Below are positions 35,843 through 49,896 of a stretch of 64,000 nucleotides of DNA, piece by piece (the stretch's first letter is position 1; each line of letters starts with the position of its first letter). Origin of the DNA: Pseudogymnoascus verrucosus (taxonomy: Eukaryota). The DNA lies in NCBI GenBank assembly GCA_001662655.1, contig KV460217.1; one strand, written 5' to 3'. The notes under the pieces were generated by a model. That model was not told the DNA's origin. It searched no databases and saw only the letters and a program-made list of their open reading frames with translations. Made by a program: the position numbers and the translations under genes.

Positions 35843-36400
35843 TGTCTAAGTTCTAGGCTAGAGATTCTGTTGATTAAAAAGCGGCGTATTCGCTCTATCG
35901 TTTCTAAGGGAAAGAAATATCACTCATGCCCGAGCTCTGAAGTAGAATTGTCTTTACTAAAGAAATAAATCCTAGGCACTCGTCTCTCAAAAGAAAGAAA
36001 GGCTGCTCATATTATAATTCAAGACTACAGATCTCGTTAACGAAGAAATAATTTCAGGGCACTATTCTCTTGAGAGAAGGGAAGGGCTCTTCATATTTGA
36101 CTTCTAGAACATAGTTTCTAGTAACTAAAAAACGACTTGTAGTCACTGTCCTGTCAATGAGAAAGAGACGCCCCCACCTTCAGGTTCTAGACTACAGTTC
36201 CCGTTCAAAAAGAAATGGTTTCGAGGCACCGCTCCCTTATAAAGGAAAGAAAGGGCTCCTGGTGTCTAAGTTCTAGAGTAGGGATTCTTTAAATGAAAAA
36301 AAGACTTCTCAGCGTTGTCCTTCCGAAGAGAAAGAAGGGATCTTAACGTTAAAGTTGCAGACTAGAGTCCCCCTCCATTAATAAATGGGTTCTAAACACC
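35843..36400. repeat. ~84-bp highly degenerate tandem repeat, ~7 copies
   Basis: A TTCTAGACTAGAG-like anchor occurs at 35851, 35935, 36018, 36102, 36185, 36271 and 36355; AAAGAAA and GGCAC blocks recur in register. Confidence 0.7.
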
Positions 36401-36674
36401 AACCTCGAACGATATAACAACCAAGCTTGTAGTAAAGGACATGTGCGCAGAGCACTCAAATGAACGCATAACAATGATATTATCTAGTGGACATTCACAG
36501 CATCTTCGGAACTATACGCACTGTTCCTACGTTAGACTTTTAGATAGCTCGGTTAGGGGGAGAAATTATAAAATTAAAATCTAATATCTAAGAGATACCC
36601 ATCTCCATCTCCAAAGAATTGAAAACCAACGAATTGATTAGTCTCCCCCGAGATTTAAATGTAGAATACCCCCA

Positions 36675-37790
36675 TTAGACCCTCTTTAGAGCGGCTTCAT
36701 CGCTGAGGTCTTCTCCTTCTTCCATGACGCGACAGACACCAAGCTCTACTGCCTCTTCCCAGTTGCTTGCAATCTTGTCCACTGCCAGTTTCAGGCCACT
36801 AAGGGCCATCTTCGCTTTCTCGGTTCTCATAAGCCTTCCTGCCCTGGCTGCTGGATCATTGGCAAATGGGCTCTTAGAGTAATCGCGATCTAGGTGTCTG
36901 ACGTCCAGAGAAACAACAACTCTGGTCATCCCTTCTAACTTCACAACGATGTTGATCACTCTGCACCGAAGTTGCGCCAACAGTCTGATTACTCGTGACC
37001 CCTCTGTAAAGAAATTGGCAAACGTCATCGGATCTTCAGTATCTGACGCCGCTGGGTCTTTTGACGGAGCCCTTGGCGCAAAAGCAAGGGTGATAGAGTC
37101 CAACGCCACGTCGCTTGCAATCAGAGTCCGAATGGAGTTGGCAGTGTCTTGCATCCACGCCAAACTCGAAGTCTCCTTGGTGTGCTCGATCACCACATTT
37201 CGGAACAGGTAGACGTATGATGGGTATAGGCATTGGTCGAATCTCGAGATGGCGCTGTTGTCTCGCACAAGTGCATGGAAAGTGTTGCGCTGATACAGGA
37301 AGTTGGTGGCCTCTTCATTTATCTTTTTGCAGACTCGCAGAATTCCCAGGTCAAGTCCCGCATTTCTTTGTACCTCGCACCAGTCGGGATGGAGAATAAT
37401 GGGTGCGTTGCTGATAAGGAGATGGCCATAGACAATTTCTCGGAGCTCCATTGGAAGATTTGACAAAAGAGGATACGCAGGTTTCTCCACCAGCGCTGGG
37501 TTGGATTTTGCTTCTCGCTTCAGCCTTGCAGTCTCCTTTCTAGCCTTCAAGCCTTGATAGCGCCTTGGTTTGGAGATTGCAAAGGTAGGCCCAAAGTTCA
37601 ATACTCCCCATGTCAGATGACAAGTTGAATCTTTGGTAAAGCTCGTGCTGTAGTCTGGTGGGTTCATTGGTTCTTCTCCCGCTCTTTCGGGCATTGACAG
37701 CACATCGTCCCTGCAGAGTAGCCGTTTCCGATAGGCTTTGCGACTTCTGCGCGGTTGTTTCGCTTCAGAGGAATTGGATTCAGTCGCCAT
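36675..37790 (-). CDS. Hypothetical fungal protein with F-box-like motif
   Basis: LLSNLPMELREIVYGHLL...ILRVCKKINEEATNFLYQRNTF, a motif common in ascomycete F-box-like proteins; ATG at 37790. Confidence 0.7.
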   Translation of the reverse strand: MATESNSSEAKQPRRSRKAYRKRLLCRDDVLSMPERAGEEPMNPPDYSTSFTKDSTCHLTWGVLNFGPTFAISKPRRYQGLKARKETARLKREAKSNPALVEKPAYPLLSNLPMELREIVYGHLLISNAPIILHPDWCEVQRNAGLDLGILRVCKKINEEATNFLYQRNTFHALVRDNSAISRFDQCLYPSYVYLFRNVVIEHTKETSSLAWMQDTANSIRTLIASDVALDSITLAFAPRAPSKDPAASDTEDPMTFANFFTEGSRVIRLLAQLRCRVINIVVKLEGMTRVVVSLDVRHLDRDYSKSPFANDPAARAGRLMRTEKAKMALSGLKLAVDKIASNWEEAVELGVCRVMEEGEDLSDEAALKRV

Positions 37791-37883
37791 TTTCGGTAGC
37801 AACTAAAAAGAAAAGAAGAGGAGGTAATATGAGGCTGAAGAGTGATGGATTGTAGCACTTTTTGGCAGGAAAGACTGGATGTG

Positions 37884-37970
37884 GACGCAAGTGCCAGTGA
37901 ACGCAAGTACCAGTAAAGACAAATGCCGGTGAAGACAAGTGCCGGTGAAGACAAGTGCCAGTGAAGACGA
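37884..37970. repeat. 16-bp tandem repeat, ~5 copies
   Basis: GACAAGTGCCRGTGAA-like unit repeated just upstream of the F-box-like gene. Confidence 0.85.
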
Positions 37971-38279
37971 GCTGCTCTGTAGACTTGAAATGATGGCAGC
38001 GTTGAAGCCTAGAATTGTGGTATTGTTTTTTAAGTCAAGAGCCTACGGATGAGGTTAGAATTGAGGCGTAAATACGGGAGGTTGAGAACTTGCGTTGGAT
38101 TCGAGATAATTCGAACTAAAACGAGACAGAATGACGAAAGCTCATGGCAAACATGGAAGGTTAAAGCTGGTAGAGATCGAAGACGTGGGTGTCCAGGGTG
38201 GTACGAGTAAGCGTAGAAGATCGGAGTCTGAGGAGTAAAGGCGGAAGGTTGAAGGTTGGAAGCGGGGGTCAAAAGCTGG

Positions 38280-39615
38280 TAGAGTTTCACGCTTGGGGTT
38301 TGAGGCTTGTAGTTTGAAGCTCGGAGTTCGAAGTTTGGAGCTTGAAATTCAGAGTTCGAAGCTTTGAGTCTGAAGGTTGGAGTTTGAAGCTTGGAGTCTG
38401 AAGCTTGGCGTTTGGGGGTCGGAGTTTGCAGCTTGGAGAACATGGAGAACATGGAGGTCGAAGATGGAGATAAAGATAAAGGTTGAAAACGTCGAAGGTT
38501 GAAGATAGAGGGCGAAGGCGGAAGTGGAAGGGAGATTGAAGGTGGTCGACGGCGAAGGTGGATGTGAATATCAACTCGAAAGTGGGAGGTCTAGTGGAAG
38601 ATGGAGGCCGAAGATGCAGGTGGGTGATGCGGGAGAAGGTTGGGATAGAATATGAGTGTGGACGGTGGAGGCGAAAGGTGTAGGTCGAAGGGGAAGGTGA
38701 GAGATCAAGCAAGATAAGCTCGAAAGTGATGAATCTTGGGATTGAACTTTGAAATCTTTAAGTGGGCCTAGAATAGTAAATTTGTAATTCCGTAGTAACG
38801 AAGAATGGGACAACTTACTTGATTAAAAGATTCGAGTTTTGATTTATCCACGGATCGAGTTGTAGTTCTGTAGAAGGGAGAGTTGAATCGTCTGATTATC
38901 TTGGTTGACTTGTTGGCGCGGGTGAGACGGAGATGAAGAGAGAAAAGATGGATGACGACAGTAAAAACGAGTAGTTGGCTTGATAGCGTAGGCAGAAGGA
39001 AAAGAGGAAAGAATGAAGGTGGGTAGCGGAAGCCTGGAGCTCGAAGTTTGGAGCTTCAAATTCGGATTTTGAAGCTTAGAGTCTGAAGATTGGAGTTTGG
39101 AGGTCGGAGTTTTCTGTGGTCGACGCCATGTGATCTCATGAATCAAAGAACCTCATGGTTGACTTGACGGCGTGGAAGAGGTAGCGCGGATGAGCCGAAA
39201 GGATGAGAAGGATAAACGAAGATGAGTGGATAATAGAACAGGAAAGTTTTAAGAGCAAATTTGCACGTTTTGAAGTGAACGAGGCGGAGCAAAAATTCCT
39301 TTGGCGGGGGTTGATTTTGGTTGGTTTGAATTGCTTGACTTTGTATCGTAGATGGGGCGGAAATGAAAGAATAAGAGAGAGTGAAGGAGAGTGGTGGTGA
39401 CCTCGTAACAAGCGGAAAACTTCCTACATAATGGTCTTGGTCGCGAAGAGAGAACGGATGAATGGTAGGCGCAGATTGGAAGAGGTCTCGCAGTGCGGTG
39501 AAGAGACCTTCTATCTTCGACCTTCCTATACTTCCGCCTTCGAATTTCAACCGCTTGGCCTCGAACTTCAACCCCAAACTTCAGTCCTAAACCTAAACCT
39601 CAAACCTCAAGCCTC
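38280..39615. repeat. Heptamer (GRAGYTT-like) tracts within a purine-rich low-complexity region
   Basis: 7-bp periodic tracts at ~38290-38435 and ~39028-39113, and a complementary-orientation tract at ~39530-39615. Confidence 0.75.
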
Positions 39616-40754
39616 TTAGCATGCCACAGCTACTTGTCTTTCCTTCTTCCTCTCTTCCCACCCCCCCATTCTTCCCTTTTTATTTTCTCTTCCGTCGAAG
39701 ATAGAATGGCGGAGATAGATTGATGGATGGAGAGTGGTGAGGGGTAGAGAAGGATTGTGGAGAGTAAAGATCGAAGGGTGGATGGCGACAGATAGAAAGT
39801 AGAGATCGGAGAGCGAGAGTTCGAGGTAAGATTGGAATCTGATGTTGAGTTTGGATAGATCAATAAAATATATTGTCAGGCCTTTCGGCGGACGGGTCGG
39901 GACAAAAATCTCTTGGTTCGCAAATGACTTTTTAGTGTATACAAAGATAGAGGTAGAAGTGTAGAGAGTAAAAGAAAGAAGAAGAAGAGGGTTGAGGAGA
40001 GTAAGATCAATAGTTAGATGATGAGAGCCGGAAGATTAGAGATCGAAGGGTGGAAGGTGGAGGATAGTAGAAGAGGGTGAAGGTCAGAGAGTGGGAAGGG
40101 GGAAAAGGTTAAGCAAAGCGGATTTCAGAAGATCAATAACAGATGACATGGCAACAGTGACTGGCAAGCCATAATTGGTACTGGGTTACTGGCGTAGAGC
40201 AACAAGGAGCAGAGACTTTAATGTATATATAACCAGTCACTTGGTATAGTGACTAGCAAGCCATACTCAGAGATGGGTTACTGGTGTAGCTTGGTATAGT
40301 AAATATGAGGAATTAAATAAATATAATAGGAAACTCCGACCTCATACGAATCACACAGGTGTAGCACAGAGGTGAGATACCAATTGTATTTGTTTTCTCG
40401 CAGTAGCGAACAATGATTATTCAGATAGAACGAATACTTTATCCCAAACAGACCAGACTATCTCCATTGTCCATATGATATCCAGCCTATGGTGGTCTAC
40501 TGATTTGATTCCACCTCTATTAGTGTACAGTTCCGATAATGTAGTTGCCATAAACACTGTCAAATGTTATCACATTTGGTCTTGGTGATCAAGGTGACCA
40601 ATCACAGAAAATGCTCCATAAAAATGATGACTAATCACCACTTTGAAGTGGCCCGCGAGGCTTCAGCCTTTTGGTCCCAAAAGCTTCAGTGCTGTTCTAA
40701 ATAGGCAACGTCGGAAACTGGTCAACGCGCCACAACGAATATCTTCACCAAACA

Positions 40755-42365
40755 ATGGCAAAACGACACGCGGTAGACTCCTTGGAGGACATTGCTGGGA
40801 CAGACTCTCCAGTATCGAAGAAGTACCGGGGCGACAGTCACCCGGGATTCCAGAATGGCGGCCTCCCGTCAAGGACGATGGTACAGGAGGGCCTCGAGAC
40901 GAGTGAGCGCATTGAGGAAGAAGGCGCCCCAGGCGACTTTAATGACATCGAGTCCGACGAAGAGCAGGTAGATACGACGGTCTATCGGCAAGAAGCACCA
41001 ATCGAAGGGTATGACGACCTATACCTCGACACAATCGACCGGCACGTCCTCGACTTCGATTTCGAGAAACTTTGCTCTGTAACGCTATCCAATATCAACG
41101 TTTATGCATGTCTTGTCTGTGGGCGATACTATCAAGGGCGCGGACCTAAATCGCATGCGTACTTCCATGCCCTCGACGTCGATCATCATGTGTATATCAA
41201 CATGCAGACGCAGAAGATTTACGTTCTCCCAGAAGGCTACGAAGTCAAGAACAAATCCCTCGACGATATCAAGTTCGTTTCAGATCCGAGATATACAAAG
41301 CAGGAGGTCATGGCTTTGGATCGCGCCCCGAAGGAAGCCTGGGCGCTCAGCGGAAAGCAGTATACACCAGGCTTCGTGGGCATGAACAACATCAAAGACA
41401 ATGACTACTTCAATGTTGTCATACAAGCACTATCTCACGTCCCACCACTACGGAATTACTTCATGCTTGACGACTTTTCCACAAAGCCAGAGCTAGCGAA
41501 GCGGCTATCGATTCTGGTGCGCAAAATCTGGAATCCGAGAGCCTTCAAGGCACACGTCTCACCCCACGAACTGCTGCAAGAAGTGTCACTGAGGTCGAAT
41601 AAGAAATTCGCACTCACGCAGCAAGCAGACCCCGTCGAGTTCCTATCCTGGTTCCTCAACAACCTCCACGTCGCACTCGGCGGCTCCAAAACAAAACCCG
41701 GAAGCAGCATCATCCAACAAATATTCCAAGGCAAGCTGAAAATCGAGTCCCAAGCCATCACCGCAAAGGCAGACGCCGGCGATCGCCTCCGCTTCGAAGA
41801 AGCCGCCGAGGTAAAAGCTGACGTCAGCCGCTTCCTATTCCTTACCCTGGATCTCCCCGCCGCACCTCTCTTCCAGGATGAGCTGGAGCGCAACATCATC
41901 CCACAAGTTCCCCTCACATCCATTTTATCGAAATACGATGGCCTGAAGGCGCAGGAGCAACTCAACCACCGCAGGCGGTACCGTCTTCTCCACCCACTCC
42001 CACCGTACCTGCTTTTCCACATCAAGCGCTTCAGCCAGAACAAGTTCGTCTCCGAGCGCAACCCCACCATCGTCACGTTCGATGCGAGGAACTTGAATAT
42101 GGGCCCGTACGTAGAGCCGAACCCGAAATACGCGCCGCCTGGTGAACCGATCTGGTATGATCTCGTAGCGAACGTGGTTCATGAGGCGGTGAGGGGGAGG
42201 GAGGATAGTGTGGAGGGGGAGGCGGAGAGGAGGGCGTGGAAGGTGCAGTTGAGGAGGAAGGAGGATTGGGTGCAGATCCAGGATTTGTTTGTGGAGCAGA
42301 CGCAGAGGGAGCTGTTGTATCTGGGGGAGAGTTACTTGCAGATTTGGGAGAAGAGGAGAGGTTGA
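40755..42365 (+). CDS. SAD1: U4/U6.U5 tri-snRNP-associated protein (USP39 ortholog)
   Basis: YLDTIDRHVLDFDFEKLCSVTLSNINVYACLVCG (ZnF-UBP), GMNNIKDNDY (Asp at the catalytic Cys position), WNPRAFKAHVSPHE. Confidence 0.95.
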   Translation: MAKRHAVDSLEDIAGTDSPVSKKYRGDSHPGFQNGGLPSRTMVQEGLETSERIEEEGAPGDFNDIESDEEQVDTTVYRQEAPIEGYDDLYLDTIDRHVLDFDFEKLCSVTLSNINVYACLVCGRYYQGRGPKSHAYFHALDVDHHVYINMQTQKIYVLPEGYEVKNKSLDDIKFVSDPRYTKQEVMALDRAPKEAWALSGKQYTPGFVGMNNIKDNDYFNVVIQALSHVPPLRNYFMLDDFSTKPELAKRLSILVRKIWNPRAFKAHVSPHELLQEVSLRSNKKFALTQQADPVEFLSWFLNNLHVALGGSKTKPGSSIIQQIFQGKLKIESQAITAKADAGDRLRFEEAAEVKADVSRFLFLTLDLPAAPLFQDELERNIIPQVPLTSILSKYDGLKAQEQLNHRRRYRLLHPLPPYLLFHIKRFSQNKFVSERNPTIVTFDARNLNMGPYVEPNPKYAPPGEPIWYDLVANVVHEAVRGREDSVEGEAERRAWKVQLRRKEDWVQIQDLFVEQTQRELLYLGESYLQIWEKRRG

Positions 42366-42863
42366 TGTGTGGGTTGGATGGTGAGGTAGACCGGGGGAGG
42401 GTCGTCCCATGGATCTGGTTATAGAACTGTAATTAATTGTAAATTGGGCTGGTAATTAGCGTTAAAATCTATGAGATGTATTTCTACGACATATATTAAG
42501 ATGCCAACATGGCCGACGTTTTTTGTAGATTTTATATTGCTCTCCTTGAGAAAAATTTGGTTATTGCTATAAAAAATCGAGCTAATCTAAATGCTGATTT
42601 AGAGGTTTATCAAATAGCTGGCGACGGGGACCTACAAGAGCAAAGGAGATATCGTAGCAATTGTATTTTCAAACTCCAAGGGCGGGGTAGGCAAAAGTCA
42701 AGATCTCATAAGAACCGTGGGTTGAAACATTATAATGCCATTCTGCGCTCAACTGAGCCGCGATTTCGCTTGCTATGCCAATCCATCTCCCTCCCACCAA
42801 GCATGCATAACTATATACAACACAACCTCAGGGAGGAAGTTCAACCACCACCACCTACAACGT

Positions 42864-44630
42864 CTAGGATTCCCTAGCTACCTCAAATACCATAGCCCCA
42901 TTTTTGCCAGCCACCTTCGCCCACCTCCCCATCCTGTGCTCTTTCCCAATCGCCACAACGATGCACGCCCCATCCTTCCCTCTATCCCCACGCTCAAAGA
43001 CAGAGATATCATTGATAACGCCGCTAACCACCGGCTCCGGGTTCTTCTTCGGGTGTGAAATAGCAACAGCAGTTTCCTCCGCCGCTTCAGCCTCGGCAGA
43101 CGAATCCTCCATCGCAACATCCTCCTTAATAGCAGCAAGAGGAGTCTTAACCGCCCCGTGCGGCAACCCCGCAGTCCCTACCACTCCCAAAGCCTCAATC
43201 TTCTTCCTATCATCACTAACCTTCCACGCCCTCAACTGCCCATCCCAACTCCCCGACAAAATCACATCCGAGTACGGAATCGTCGCAAGCGCCGTGATCC
43301 ATCTCGGCTGCGGCTGCGGCGCCTTCGACGGATCAGGGTTAACCTCCGCGGACGTCTCATCCAGCGCCAACGCTGGGTCGAAGCCGTGGGCAAGGGAGAC
43401 GGTGTGGATGGGCTTCTTCTTGTGGATGACCCATAGCGAGATCGACCCGTTGTCCGAGCCTGTGACGAACATCTCCTCGTCAATCATCGCGACGCGGTCC
43501 ATGCTCCCCTCCATCGCCTTAGGCGTAGAGGAACCACGAGCTCTCTTCCCGTCTCCGCCACCGCCACCGCGGAAGACGAGTTGGGTCTCTTCAACTACCT
43601 TCCACAGCCTCGCTGTGCGGTCTCGTGCACCGACGCTGATGCACCGCTCTTGCGCTAGGGAGGCGACATCAACGACCTCGTCTTGGTGACCGAACAACGT
43701 CTCGATGTAGGCCAGCTCGTCTAGAGACCAGATCTTGATCGTTCGGTCGCTAGAAGCGGAGTACAGCTGGTTCGTGCCGCGGCGGAACGTGAGTCCCGTG
43801 ACGGAATCGCGGTGCTGGGAAAACACGCGCAGGGGCTCGAGGGTCGCAGCGTCCCAAATCACGATACGCCTATCGCGACCACCTGTGGCGACGAACTTTC
43901 CGTCCTGGGATGCGGCGACGCAGAGAATAGCGCCGACGTGGCCCTTGTAGGCATTGTTCTTGGCCTCGTTCTTGTTCCCCTTTGCGATTGCGATGCGCTC
44001 GGGCCTTCGTTTGGGGGGTGGTGGGGGCTTCTTTGATTTCTTCTTGCCGTCCTTAGGGAGCCATTGGTTGGCGGGGAGGTCTTGGAGCTTCCACTTGACG
44101 AGGGAGATGTCTTTTGATACCGTGTAGGCGTAGGGATGGCAGGTGGCTATCGAGGTTACGGTCTCGGTGTTGCTGCGGAAGAGGGTGTGGGATGCGGCGG
44201 AGAATGATAATTGCTTCGCCAGGCTTCGGTATATCCTGCCTTTGGTCTCGGCGACGTCTTCCTGTAACCTCTCTGCGATCAGGTCCCGGTCAATCTCTTC
44301 TGCGTCGAAGCCGACTTCGTCCACCTCGTCTCTGATGTTCTCTAGGTATCGTTCTGCAAGTCGTAATCTCCTCTCGGCTGCTGTCTCTTCCTCGCCTCCA
44401 GAACCGGAGTCGCTCGACGCCTCATCTAAGTCGACGCCATTGCCTCTGGGCCCGTCGTCGCTTTCCGAGTCGCTGCCCGATATCGACTCATCTCGCTGCT
44501 GTTTTCTCTGTTTTGGGGCAGAAGTCTCTTTCCTCGCAGCAGATCCTGCGACTCTTTTCTTCGGGACCTCTGAGCTCGAGGGTCTCTTGCGCTTCTTCTG
44601 CGCCGCGGGGACTGTGAAAAACGAAGACAT
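42864..44630 (-). CDS. RRP9: U3 snoRNP WD40 protein Rrp9 (U3-55K)
   Basis: ETAAERRLRLAERYL, DRDLIAERLQED, YIETLFGHQD, RLWKVVEETQLVF, PRWITALA, GKEHRMGRW. Confidence 0.93.
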   Translation of the reverse strand: MSSFFTVPAAQKKRKRPSSSEVPKKRVAGSAARKETSAPKQRKQQRDESISGSDSESDDGPRGNGVDLDEASSDSGSGGEEETAAERRLRLAERYLENIRDEVDEVGFDAEEIDRDLIAERLQEDVAETKGRIYRSLAKQLSFSAASHTLFRSNTETVTSIATCHPYAYTVSKDISLVKWKLQDLPANQWLPKDGKKKSKKPPPPPKRRPERIAIAKGNKNEAKNNAYKGHVGAILCVAASQDGKFVATGGRDRRIVIWDAATLEPLRVFSQHRDSVTGLTFRRGTNQLYSASSDRTIKIWSLDELAYIETLFGHQDEVVDVASLAQERCISVGARDRTARLWKVVEETQLVFRGGGGGDGKRARGSSTPKAMEGSMDRVAMIDEEMFVTGSDNGSISLWVIHKKKPIHTVSLAHGFDPALALDETSAEVNPDPSKAPQPQPRWITALATIPYSDVILSGSWDGQLRAWKVSDDRKKIEALGVVGTAGLPHGAVKTPLAAIKEDVAMEDSSAEAEAAEETAVAISHPKKNPEPVVSGVINDISVFERGDRGKDGACIVVAIGKEHRMGRWAKVAGKNGAMVFEVARES

Positions 44631-45118
44631 GTCGTGATTTGTCTGGGATATATCCCAGATCTCTTGTGTATAATCACAGTCGCCTCGTAATTCGCCAGAA
44701 GTACCGCAATGTTGTTGTCGAGATTTCTTCTTCTAGTCTCGGTCGATCGATTTCAAAAGTTCCCATACTCTCTCGTTACCCAGTGTACAAAATAAATTCT
44801 TCGCCAAGAGTTTCTTGCCAGAAAGGCGGTCAAGGAAAGTTTGGCGGCAGGCCAGGCAAGTCAGGCAGAATCCGACGCGTCAGGTTAAGCTAATCCGCTA
44901 GAGCACCAGGGAGCTATCCGCTGTGATCGAGAGAGCTCACGACTGACGCTGGAGCCTCATCATCAGCCATCAATCACCGCTTTAACGTCCACCAAGATAC
45001 CCCGAGCGACGACGTGCAAGCTTGACTCCTCAGCTATATCCATCGCCATTTCATCAGTGATTTGACATCACCTTAACACCCTGAGCTTCTCCGACCAAAC
45101 AACAACCCAGCCGCCAAG

Positions 45119-45915
45119 ATGTGAGTTTCTTGTTATTCAGACGGCTATCGCGGCCTCGCTTTACGGGTTCTAATGGCGTGCACAGGGAGGTTCTACTTGG
45201 TATCACTGGAAAGGACTTCACCATCATCGCCGCCTCCAAAGCGGCCATGAGAGGCGCCACCATCCTGAAGGCATCCGACGACAAGACCCGCGCGCTCAAC
45301 CAGCACACATTGATGGCCTTTTCCGGCGAGGCAGGAGATACCAGTACGTCGAAGCCTTCTTAAAGTACTAGCATATCTAACAATCACCTAGTCCAATTCG
45401 CGGAATACATCCAAGCAAACGCCCAGCTGTACTCGATGCGCAACCAGATCGACCTCTCGCCATCCGCCATTGCGAACTTCGTCCGCGGACAACTGGCATC
45501 CAGCTTACGGTCGAGGAAGCCGTATAATGTCAACCTCCTGCTTGGAGGCGTGGATCCCATCACCGGGAAGCCGAGCTTGTACTGGCTGGACTACCTAGCA
45601 TCGTTGGCTCAATTACCATATGCCGCCCACGGCTACGCACAGTACGTTTATGGCTCCAGCTTAATGGCAGAATTGATAGGATATTTATGGATGCTAACGG
45701 ATACGCTCTACAGATACTACTGCCTCTCCATCCTTGATAAGCACCACCACCCCGACATTGACTTTGAGCAAGGAATGAAGATCCTACGACTGTGCACGGA
45801 TGAGCTGAAGAGGAGATTGCCGGTGGACTTCAAGGGGATGTTGGTGAAGGTTATCACGAAGGATGGGATCAGGGAGGAGGAGTATGATGATGATGCGGTG
45901 GTGAAGAGCGCCTGA
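45119..45915 (+). CDS. PRE1: 20S proteasome subunit beta-4
   Basis: Start codon split AT|G by intron 45121-45185; MEVLLGITGKDF, GEAGDT|VQFAEYIQAN, SLRSRKPYNVNLLLGG, PYAAHGYAQ; three introns. Confidence 0.93.
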
Positions 45916-47532
45916 TGGGTGCCTGAGAGAGCGTGTCTTGTTTCTATGGTGTTCTAGAGCATAGCATTCGGGGTTGAATGCAAGGTGTATTATGATTCGA
46001 GTGGTGGTGGTTCTACTGCTTGACTGTGTGTGATGTGGTTCAGTCTTGTCTGTCTGGTCTGGCACTGTTATTGTTCTGTTATGGTCCTGTTCTGGGTGCA
46101 TATGAACAGCCTCACATGGAAAGGCATATTGGTCACGTGAACCTGTCAGTGCCAGGGCTGATTATAGGATACGCATTTCCTTTGGTCGTAAGGCATAACG
46201 TGGCGAATAGTTCGGAACCAAAGACAGACGGCTCACTCACAATATGCGTATTCTTCTGCATGTACCTCGTTTATAAAGTACGGGACATAGTACAGAAAAT
46301 ATTGTGCACAGTTTGTTGGTAGCGGTGGTAGCGGTAGAAGCGGTAGAAGCGGTAGAAGAAAGTGGTCTGGAGAGCGTTAAGCGTCAAGTACATCAGTGCT
46401 ACATGCATATGTATGGTTCGCCTCAAGGGGCATCCGAGCACGTGACTAACTTCTCTCCCAGCCAAACAAGGCTGCCAGACTCCAACTACAGGGGGCGAAT
46501 ATCCCCATAGTTGGGAGCGTTGGAGTACTCTATTGGAAAGTTATTAGGTGGGGAAAGGGGCAAAAAAGAAGGGGCATAAAGGAGTTAATAAGAGTGTTCA
46601 TATACGGGTCTATGTCTATTAATATTAGAACTATATAACCGTATTGATTTGACATTCAGAGTATTGTTGGAATGATCTCTCCTGTTGATTTTTGTAGAGA
46701 ACTATCACACAGTACTACAATATCCCACCGGGTGGCAAAAAGAAAAAAAGTGTTTCAGACACGCAGGTTTCTGAATATGTACTGTATGTCTTGTCTTGTA
46801 TGTACCTTTCATACTCTAAATGTACTGTAGAGGTACATACTGCGCTGCACTGCACTGCTAACTGCCTACTTCTATACCAGACAACTTCCTCCAAAACTTG
46901 CCTATTCTATGTACCTTTTACACCAACCACACACTAAAAAGGTACTTAGCCTCACTGCCCCCCAAAAAAAGTGGCGGTGATCAAACTTTACCACTATTAC
47001 CACTATCAACAACTCAAAATGGCGCTAAGGAACCACGCTACCCACGAATTTTCTCGGCTTTTGCCTTTGCCCTACCCATGTTTTTATTCCGCCTTCGCCT
47101 TCCCGAACCTCGTCTGCCTTCTCTCTCTCTCCTGATCTCCTTCGATCTTCAAACTCTCCTCCTCCATCAAACAAACCCTACCTCTTACCACTTTATATCT
47201 CCACATCATCTCCTCTCCTCTCTCTCATCACCCTTCTTCATTCCTTACGAAAGCCTTTCTTTCACGAGGAATATAGTTTGACGAGATTAATTATTGTCCT
47301 TTTTTCAACGGCCTCTCTACGTTCGAAGAAATAGATTCGTACAGCAACGACTCTCTTTTTTCGTCTTTAGATTTCTTCTTCGATCTTTTCGACGCTCTTT
47401 ATTAGATCTCCCCAGCGATCTTGAAAGAGTACCCAGTACAGGCCGATTAATCAACCTCTGCAACAGTTCGCAGACTCAGCATCTACAGAACCAACGAAAC
47501 TTCACCTTACAATCACCTCAAGACCACACAAT

Positions 47533-49896
<2,364 letters not shown>

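Noticed and set aside
38030..39863. Several 60-144 aa ORFs (KLQTPS-type repeats)
   Set aside because: They are translations of heptamer and pyrimidine-rich low-complexity DNA, and the 7-bp period is not codon-compatible.
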